A DNA stretch of 64,000 bases from an uncultured virus (IMG/VR IMGVR_UViG_3300031088_000821). Taxonomy: Duplodnaviria; Heunggongvirae; Uroviricota; Caudoviricetes. How positions within the stretch are numbered: the first letter of the stretch is position 1; every line of letters starts with the position of its first letter. The notes under the pieces were generated by a model, which searched no databases, had not been told where the DNA came from, and worked only from the letters and a program-made list of their open reading frames with translations. Both the position numbers and the translations under genes were made by a program. Positions 57,392 to 64,000 of this stretch are shown one piece after another. Location of the stretch: IMG/VR virus record IMGVR_UViG_3300031088_000821; one strand, 5' to 3'.

Positions 57392-59548
57392 TTGTCAGTT
57401 TCAGGCGTAGAGAATGTTCCAGAGGAAGTGGATTACAGATCCCTCAATGCGGAGCTCAACCTCGTTGGTGCTGACGGCAAGCTGCAGTTCTCCAAAGACA
57501 AGCAGGCTGTCCGTCAGTACTTCCTCACCCATGTGAATCGGAAGACCCAGTTCTTCCACAATCTCCGTGAGAAGCTGGACTATCTCATGGACTACAACTA
57601 CTACGAAGAGAACACCATTGAGCAGTATGAGTACAGCTTTGTGAAGTCTCTCTTCAAGAGAGCCTACGGCTACAAGTTTCGCTTTGAGAGCTTCTTGGGT
57701 GCCTACAAGTACTACACTTCCTACACCCTGAAGACCTTCGATGGCAACAACTACCTCGAGCGCTTCGAGGACAGGGTTGCTATGACCGCTCTCTATCTCG
57801 GCCAGGGCAACGAAGAGCTCGCAGAGTCCATCCTCGATTCCATCATGACTGGAGAGTTCCAGCCCGCTACTCCCACATTCCTCAATGCGGGTAAGGCCCA
57901 GCGCGGTGAGCTCGTGAGCTGCTTCCTCCTGAGAGTCGAAGATAACATGGAGTCCATCAGCCGGGCCATCACGAGCTCCCTTCAGCTCTCCAAGCGCGGC
58001 GGTGGAGTTGCCCTCAACCTCACCAACCTCCGAGAGCAGGGCGCTCCCATCAAGCACATTGAAAATCAAGCTTCGGGCGTAGTTCCCGTCATGAAGATGC
58101 TCGAAGATGCCTTCAGCTATGCCAATCAGCTGGGTGCCCGCCAGGGTGCAGGCGCTGTGTACCTACACGCTCACCACCCCGACATCATGCGCTTCCTGGA
58201 CACAAAGCGGGAAAACGCCGATGAGAAAATCCGCATTAAGACCCTATCTCTCGGTGTAGTCATTCCCGACATCACCTTTGAGCTAGCCAAGCAGAACGCG
58301 GACATGTACCTCTTCTCCCCCTATGACGTGGAGAGGGAGTACGGCGTTCCCATGTCAGAGGTGAACATCACCGAAGAGTATGAGAACCTCGTCAACAACG
58401 GAAAGATCAGCAAGACAAAGATCAAGGCTCGTAGCTTCTTCCAGACCATCGCAGAAATCCAGTTTGAATCTGGCTACCCCTACATCCTCTACGTGGACAG
58501 CGCCAACCGCGCTAACCCCATCGCGGGGCAGATCAACATGAGCAACCTCTGCTCCGAGATCCTGCAGGTCAACACTCCGTCCACCTTCGAGGCGAACGGC
58601 AGCTATGACCACATCGGTAGGGACATTTCCTGCAACCTGGGCTCCATCAACATTGCCAAGGCCTACGACTCCAAGGACTTCTCGAAGCTCATCGATTCGG
58701 CGATGCGTGCCCTCACCGCCGTTTCGGACATGAGTGACATCGAGTCCGTACCTTCGGTGGCTAACGGCAACTCCAAGTCCCACGCGGTAGGCCTTGGCGC
58801 CATGAACCTCCACGGATTCTTGGCTCGCGAGGGAATCCACTACGACTCCCCCGAAGCCGTTGAGTTCACCCGGTTCTACTTCCACGCTGTGAACTTCGAG
58901 ACCCTCAAGGCCTCCAACAGAATCGCCCGTGAGCGGGGAGAGAGCTTCTTCGAGTTCGAGAAGTCCAAGTACTACACGGGAGAGTACTTCGATGAGTACC
59001 TAGCCAAGGACTGGACTATCACCACTCCTCGGGTGAAGGAGCTCTTCGAGAACACTTCCATCAAGATTCCCACAGCTGCTGAATGGGCTCAGCTCCGCAA
59101 GGACATCAGAGAGCACGGTCTCTACCACGCCTACCGTCAGGCAGTTGCTCCCACGGGAAGCATCTCCTATGTGAACAACTCAACCTCCTCCATCCACCCC
59201 GTATCCTCTCCCATCGAGGTTCGCAAGGAGGGTAAGATCGGTCGAGTTGTCTACCCCGCCCCCTTCATGAACAACGACAACATCGAGTACTACAGGGACG
59301 CCTACAAGATCGGCCCTGAGGCCATCATCGATGTTTACGCTGCCGCTACGGAGTCGGTGGATCAGGGCATGAGCCTCACCCTCTTCTACACGGATGAATC
59401 CACCACTAGAGACCTCAACCGAGCCTATCTCTACGCTTGGAGAAAGGGCATCAAGACAATCTACTACGCCCGTGTTCGCGCGGCAGCAGTAGAGGGAACT
59501 GAGCTCGAAGGCACCGCACTGGAATTCTGCGAATCCTGCCAAATCTGA
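57392..59548 (+). CDS. nrdE: Class Ib ribonucleotide reductase alpha subunit
   Basis: [44 protein letters not shown]-terminal CESC. Confidence 0.96.
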   Translation: MSVSGVENVPEEVDYRSLNAELNLVGADGKLQFSKDKQAVRQYFLTHVNRKTQFFHNLREKLDYLMDYNYYEENTIEQYEYSFVKSLFKRAYGYKFRFESFLGAYKYYTSYTLKTFDGNNYLERFEDRVAMTALYLGQGNEELAESILDSIMTGEFQPATPTFLNAGKAQRGELVSCFLLRVEDNMESISRAITSSLQLSKRGGGVALNLTNLREQGAPIKHIENQASGVVPVMKMLEDAFSYANQLGARQGAGAVYLHAHHPDIMRFLDTKRENADEKIRIKTLSLGVVIPDITFELAKQNADMYLFSPYDVEREYGVPMSEVNITEEYENLVNNGKISKTKIKARSFFQTIAEIQFESGYPYILYVDSANRANPIAGQINMSNLCSEILQVNTPSTFEANGSYDHIGRDISCNLGSINIAKAYDSKDFSKLIDSAMRALTAVSDMSDIESVPSVANGNSKSHAVGLGAMNLHGFLAREGIHYDSPEAVEFTRFYFHAVNFETLKASNRIARERGESFFEFEKSKYYTGEYFDEYLAKDWTITTPRVKELFENTSIKIPTAAEWAQLRKDIREHGLYHAYRQAVAPTGSISYVNNSTSSIHPVSSPIEVRKEGKIGRVVYPAPFMNNDNIEYYRDAYKIGPEAIIDVYAAATESVDQGMSLTLFYTDESTTRDLNRAYLYAWRKGIKTIYYARVRAAAVEGTELEGTALEFCESCQI

Positions 59549-59558
59549 GATAACTCCC

Positions 59559-59599
59559 AGGGGGATCACGCGGCTTCATTTCCGCGTGATCCCCCTTTT
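59559..59599 (+). terminator. Intrinsic terminator after nrdE
   Basis: AGGGGGATCACGCGG…CCGCGTGATCCCCCT followed by TTT. Confidence 0.8.
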
Positions 59600-59618
59600 C
59601 CTTCGTTAGGATGAGTTC

Positions 59619-60059
59619 ATGACCAATGACTCCCTCAGCGCCTCAGACTACTCTATTGAGGTGCCCGACTTCAAAGAATGGTCGATAGCTAAGTACTACG
59701 ATTACTCAGGCATCGATTCGGACTTTGAAGACCTCCAAGAGCTCAACCGACAGATAGCTGCTGCGCGAGCAGCTTTCTTCAAGCTTTCCAACAGCCTCAA
59801 CAAGGCGGAGAGGGTGGCTCGGGAGAAGAAGGTGCTCTACGAAAGAAGATACCGGAGATGCTATGTGAACTCCTCCGAAAAAACCGAGGGCGCCAAGAGG
59901 ATCAGCGCAGAGATCCAAGTGGAAGACCTAGAAAACGACTATCTCTACTATGACCAGCTCGCCAATGAGCTCAACAGAGCTCTCGGTGCTTTGCGCCAGG
60001 AGCTTCGTTCCCTTGAGGTTGCGGGAAATAACATCCGCCAGCAGATCAAGGTGAGCTAA
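59619..60059 (+). CDS. Helical coiled-coil protein (loosely UvsY-like), probably leaderless
   Basis: ATG 6 nt after TAGGAT; 146 aa with an all-helical pattern. Confidence 0.6.
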   Translation: MTNDSLSASDYSIEVPDFKEWSIAKYYDYSGIDSDFEDLQELNRQIAAARAAFFKLSNSLNKAERVAREKKVLYERRYRRCYVNSSEKTEGAKRISAEIQVEDLENDYLYYDQLANELNRALGALRQELRSLEVAGNNIRQQIKVS

Positions 60060-60640
60060 TGGATAAGGCATCAAAGGGCACCATCAGATCCATCATAGGT
60101 TTTCTCTTTTGGACACTTTTGGGTGTGGTGACAGCTCTGGCTATTTTAGTCGCTTTCTTGAAGTTCTCCCCCTACACTCTCGTGGATGTGCATGGCCCCT
60201 CAATGGAGCCCACCTTCGAGGACGGTAGTCTACTCGTTATCAGGAATGACCTCGAAGAGGGCGGGGTGGCAGATCGTAGCGCCATTGCACTCTTCTCCAC
60301 TCCTAAAGAATGGCAGGTTGCTGCAAAGCTTCCCGAAGGTCCGGATCTCATAAAGCGGGTAGTTGCTGTCCCCGGAGATCGTGTGTCCTATGGCGATTCT
60401 CGGATCACAATCGAAGCCCAAGACGGTGAGAAATACCATGTGGCCAACGGGCAGCTGACGAACTGCGTTGTGGATGAGGGTGAATCCTTGGAGCTAGCAA
60501 AAGGTCAATATATGCTCGCGGGAGATAATAGAGCCCAATCCTTCGATTCTGTAGCCGCCTGGTGCATGGGTCTCGATCCAATCATAGATGAAAAATCCAT
60601 CACCCTAGCAGGTCAGCCTACTTTCAACTTCAACTTTTAG
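60059..60640 (+). CDS. lepB: Signal peptidase I (S26)
   Basis: GPSMEPT, LIKRVVAVPGD, GDNRAQSFDS. Confidence 0.88.
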   Translation: MDKASKGTIRSIIGFLFWTLLGVVTALAILVAFLKFSPYTLVDVHGPSMEPTFEDGSLLVIRNDLEEGGVADRSAIALFSTPKEWQVAAKLPEGPDLIKRVVAVPGDRVSYGDSRITIEAQDGEKYHVANGQLTNCVVDEGESLELAKGQYMLAGDNRAQSFDSVAAWCMGLDPIIDEKSITLAGQPTFNFNF

Positions 60641-60648
60641 GGGAACCA

Positions 60649-61575
60649 ATGAAGCTATTTCTCGCCGTTAGCACTAATCCCGGCTACATCGATTTTCTCA
60701 AAGATAGAAAGCTCAGAGAATGGCAGCTGGAAAAGCCGAAGCTCGTGGAAGGCCTCAATAAGATTGGCGCTACCGCTCTATTTGGCAACGTCAGTCCCTA
60801 TTGGATGGACATTTCCGACAAGGCAAGTGCTACAAAGCTGGCTAAAGATCTCCAAGCGGTTGGCTCAGAGCGGCTAGCCAAAAAGCTCAAAGATAGCGGC
60901 TTGGTGATTTGTTGCAGCGTAGATCTTGTAGGATCTCGAGAGCTCCAGAAGGTTGTAAAGGAGATCGGTGGCGAAGTAGACGCCCGCCGCAAAGATGACA
61001 GAAGCCCCTTTGAGGACGAGGTTTTCGAAGGCGTAGAGGTATCACGGGAAGTTCGCAAATACATTCTCGATTGGGCTGGCCAGGACCGCGCAAAGCCCCT
61101 GGGGGTGCTCAACTGGTTGAGAACTCTCTCCCCTGAGCGCCAGAGAAGAGTAACCATCGATCAGATCGCTATCCAGCTCGTCGGCAACGAAGGTGAGCTC
61201 GCGCCATTCCTAGAGGAGCAGATCTTCAAGGGCAACTACATAGAGGCAGTCTCCATTGCGCGCCGAAGCAATGCCATGCCGATCATCGCCAACCTCAAGA
61301 CAAAGCTAGCTAAAATCTACAAAGTGTCCGCCCTTCGAGAGTCGGGACTCAACCTGAGCGGTGCGGAGCTCCAAGCTGCAGTGGGCCATGTGGGCAAGGG
61401 CTTCTACTACGTGGAGCGGGATGCCAAGCGCTTCTCCTTTGAGCAGGCCGAGAAGATGCTGAAACTTGTCATCGACTTCGAGGGCAAAGTGAAATCCGGA
61501 AGGGTTGTGAACGTGGACGACTCCCTGGAGGTCTTCCTCATTAGGCTATCCTTTCTGGCGACTTCAAAGGGCTAA
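60649..61575 (+). CDS. DNA polymerase III delta (HolA)-like protein, divergent
   Basis: 308 aa; ATALFG early; C-terminal AKRFSFEQAEKMLKLVIDFEGKVKSG…LEVFLIRL. Confidence 0.55.
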   Translation: MKLFLAVSTNPGYIDFLKDRKLREWQLEKPKLVEGLNKIGATALFGNVSPYWMDISDKASATKLAKDLQAVGSERLAKKLKDSGLVICCSVDLVGSRELQKVVKEIGGEVDARRKDDRSPFEDEVFEGVEVSREVRKYILDWAGQDRAKPLGVLNWLRTLSPERQRRVTIDQIAIQLVGNEGELAPFLEEQIFKGNYIEAVSIARRSNAMPIIANLKTKLAKIYKVSALRESGLNLSGAELQAAVGHVGKGFYYVERDAKRFSFEQAEKMLKLVIDFEGKVKSGRVVNVDDSLEVFLIRLSFLATSKG

Positions 61576-61623
61576 TCTTCGTCTGACCACACAAATGGGG
61601 CGAAACTTCGACACAATGAATCT

Positions 61624-63387
61624 ATGACTTCAGAAGACACCACAACAGCCATGAGCCCCTATGGAAAGCTGCTAGCTGATCCATTCCTCGGTAAGAAGAG
61701 CTATAGGGAAGCTGTAGAGGAGGCTAAGATCACCTCCCAAGCCGAAGTGCTTGCTCGGCTGCTCAACGGTGAGAACCTCTTCATTTCGGGACCCGCAGGT
61801 TCCGGAAAGACCTTCATCATCAATCGCTTCATCGAGCTGCTGAGCTATGAGTTCGAGAACAGGGTAAACGTAGCTATCACAGCTTCCACAGGCATTGCCG
61901 CCCAGCTACTGGGTGGTCAGACCATTCACAGCTGGTCCGGCATCGGCCTCAACACTAAGCCTTTCAAGGGGCCTGTGGGCCGTGAATACAGCAAGGCGGC
62001 GGACATCATCGCCTGTGATGTGCTCATCATTGACGAGATCTCCATGCTCCCAGCGTACTTCTTTTCGCGGCTAGATAAGCTCATGAAGCACCATCGGAAG
62101 TCGAAGGAGCCATTCGGTGGAGTTCAGCTCGTGGTCATGGGGGACTTCATGCAGTTGCCACCCATTCCCCAGCGGCCCAAAGAGCCCGGCGAAGAGCCAG
62201 CTGATTCGAGATTCTGCGCACGCACGGACGCCTGGAAGGAAGCAAAGCTTCGCACTTGCTATCTAGATGTGATTCGCCGCTCAAAGGACACTAAGCTTCA
62301 GGAGATCCTCGAAGCTATTTCGAACCAGGGCAATGATCCGATTGAGGATCGCCAGAACATCGCTAGGGCAAAACGGGACCTGGAAAGCAGGATCAAGCCC
62401 GACGAAGAAAAAAACTCCTCCAAGAAATATGTGAGCCTCTACACCCTCAACAGGGATGTGGACAAATACAACGAAGAGCAGCTGGCGCTCAATCCGAACC
62501 CTGCAACTTCCTACAGCTTGAGGAAGTCGGGAGATTCACGGTACTGGGAAACCATCGTCAAGTCCAATGGACTAAAAGAGCAGTTTGTCGCCAAGGAGGG
62601 GGCAACTGTGATGCTCACCGCCAATCTCTCTCCATCCTTGGCCAATGGCTCTATCGGCGAAGTCATCGAGCTCCATACAGAATACATCAGGGTCCGCTTC
62701 AACAGCGGCACCACCGCAGCAATCGGCTATAGGGACAGCGTCCACAGGGATAAAGTTCAGGTGGGAAGCCGGGAGAAAAAAGGCAAGAAAATACCCATCT
62801 ATGAGGAGAAGGAAGTTGCAAGGATCAGCTTCATCCCCCTAAAGCTCGCCTATGCCATTTCGGTCCACAAGGCCCAAGGCCAGACAATGGATGGCGTAAA
62901 GGCGGATCTCAGCAAGATCTTCACGGATGGTTTGGGCTACGTCGCCCTCTCCAGGGTGAGGAACCTCGATGATTTGATTCTCGTTCAGAAGCCCAACAGC
63001 CGGGCCTTCAAGGTCAGCAAGGAATCCATAGAGCTTTCGCGGAAAACCAAAAGGGCGGCGCGCAGAAACCGCCAGAAAATGCTCAAAAACATGGCTATCT
63101 ATGAAAGATATCTTTCGGGGAACGAGAAAAAGCTCACGGGCATCTTCGACCAGGAGGGGGCTGAGGTGGACGAGTTCGCCGATCTCGGAAGCCAAAACCT
63201 TGCCCCAACCGATCTCCAGCTCGACGGGTTTGGCGCTGGCCTAGAGCTGCTACCCGAGGATTTTGTGAGCTATGAACAGCTGCTTGCAAACCCTTGGCTC
63301 AGAAGTAGCCTCTGGGAACCTCGCATCGAAGCTACAGCCAAGAGGGTTGGATCGGACTCTCCCAGCTTCATGGAGATGTCGTTCTAA
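61624..63387 (+). CDS. PIF1/RecD-like SF1B helicase
   Basis: GPAGSGKT, TASTGIAA, TIHSW, IIDEISM, FGGVQLVVMGDFMQLPP, AYAISVHKAQGQT, YVALSR. Confidence 0.92.
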   Translation: MTSEDTTTAMSPYGKLLADPFLGKKSYREAVEEAKITSQAEVLARLLNGENLFISGPAGSGKTFIINRFIELLSYEFENRVNVAITASTGIAAQLLGGQTIHSWSGIGLNTKPFKGPVGREYSKAADIIACDVLIIDEISMLPAYFFSRLDKLMKHHRKSKEPFGGVQLVVMGDFMQLPPIPQRPKEPGEEPADSRFCARTDAWKEAKLRTCYLDVIRRSKDTKLQEILEAISNQGNDPIEDRQNIARAKRDLESRIKPDEEKNSSKKYVSLYTLNRDVDKYNEEQLALNPNPATSYSLRKSGDSRYWETIVKSNGLKEQFVAKEGATVMLTANLSPSLANGSIGEVIELHTEYIRVRFNSGTTAAIGYRDSVHRDKVQVGSREKKGKKIPIYEEKEVARISFIPLKLAYAISVHKAQGQTMDGVKADLSKIFTDGLGYVALSRVRNLDDLILVQKPNSRAFKVSKESIELSRKTKRAARRNRQKMLKNMAIYERYLSGNEKKLTGIFDQEGAEVDEFADLGSQNLAPTDLQLDGFGAGLELLPEDFVSYEQLLANPWLRSSLWEPRIEATAKRVGSDSPSFMEMSF

Positions 63388-63423
63388 GCTATGCCAGGGA
63401 AATCGAAGAGGGAGAATAGATCT

Positions 63424-64000
63424 ATGAGAACACTTTCGGGAATCATTGCAGTGGCTATAGGCTTTGGTGCAGTGTTTTTGGGAGGCAACCTTCCCGTTCC
63501 CTCTGCGCCGCAGTCCATTGGGCAAGCTGCTAATGTCTGCCAGGATTTTAAGAAAGTGTTTAAGCACTGTGAAGTCGAAGAGCTCTTTTCCGACGAAGTA
63601 GAATCCGGTGAACTGATTTCCCAGAGTGTTCCAGCGGGATTCAATCTCTTCCACGGGGATTCTATCAGATTGAGTTACTCCAAAGGCCCCGAAAGAGTGA
63701 AGTTCCCCGACATTGTTCGGATGGACTACGACAGGGCCCGTCAGCTGCTCTCAGAGCTGGGCTTTGAAGTTGTCCGTGTCAGTAAAGACGCAGAAAGCAC
63801 CATGGGCTCCAATCGCATTGTGGCGGCCTCCTATGATCGGGGAGAGCTGGCTCCCAGTGGTGCTCAGGTGGAACTTGTAGTTTCCACGGAGCAGGTAGAA
63901 CTACCTAACCTCGAGGGGAAAACGCGCCAACAGGTTGAGGTGGACCTCAATGGCCTAGATCTCGAAATCATCTTCGATGAGAAAGAGAGCGATCAGACTC
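63424..64000 (+). CDS. PASTA-repeat protein (runs off the window)
   Basis: MRTLSGIIAVAIGFGAVF signal/TM; SDEVESGELISQS…SKGP, FPDIV…ARQLLSELGF and LPNLEGKT repeats; no stop before the window end. Confidence 0.75.
   Translation, partial: MRTLSGIIAVAIGFGAVFLGGNLPVPSAPQSIGQAANVCQDFKKVFKHCEVEELFSDEVESGELISQSVPAGFNLFHGDSIRLSYSKGPERVKFPDIVRMDYDRARQLLSELGFEVVRVSKDAESTMGSNRIVAASYDRGELAPSGAQVELVVSTEQVELPNLEGKTRQQVEVDLNGLDLEIIFDEKESDQT

Noticed and set aside
38946..59548. Inteins in recA, dnaB or nrdE
   Set aside because: All three have normal length and contiguous motifs
429..63654. Numerous minus-strand and nested ORFs in the six-frame track (e.g. 21008-22183, 52179-53174, 54578-55468)
   Set aside because: They overlap well-supported + strand genes and have no recognisable motifs; treated as shadow ORFs
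1..64000. CRISPR array, tRNA, rRNA, IS element or phage structural module
   Set aside because: No regularly spaced repeats, cloverleaf, transposase, integrase, capsid, terminase or tail genes were recognised

Overview
A gene-dense window in which every credible gene is on the + strand. It looks like part of a large, probably conjugative, actinobacterial-type extrachromosomal element (megaplasmid-like). This is inferred from the class Ib NrdE, DivIVA and PASTA domains, leaderless genes with TANNNT -10 boxes, and the absence of phage structural, rRNA and ribosomal-protein genes. It encodes its own DNA machinery (SbcC, SSB, RecA, DnaB, DnaC-like loader, DnaN-like, HolA-like, RecG, PIF1-like helicase, NrdE, two HU-like proteins), three sigma-70-family proteins, transfer/pilus functions (CpaF/VirB11 ATPase, two paralogous VirB6/TrbL-like proteins, A24 peptidase, TraX, signal peptidase I, DsbA-like) and cell-wall proteins (class A PBP, DivIVA-domain, PASTA). 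Top finding: an FtsK/coupling-type ATPase gene stops 17 residues after its Walker A lysine, and that tail resembles an intein N-terminus. A free-standing gene 3 kb downstream encodes only the middle of a Hint domain. Together they suggest a naturally three-piece split intein whose last piece would lie outside the window. Also seen: a family of fixed-length (68 nt) intergenic hairpin elements and two distinct upstream promoter-like motifs. All calls are by-eye motif recognition; no database searches were run.
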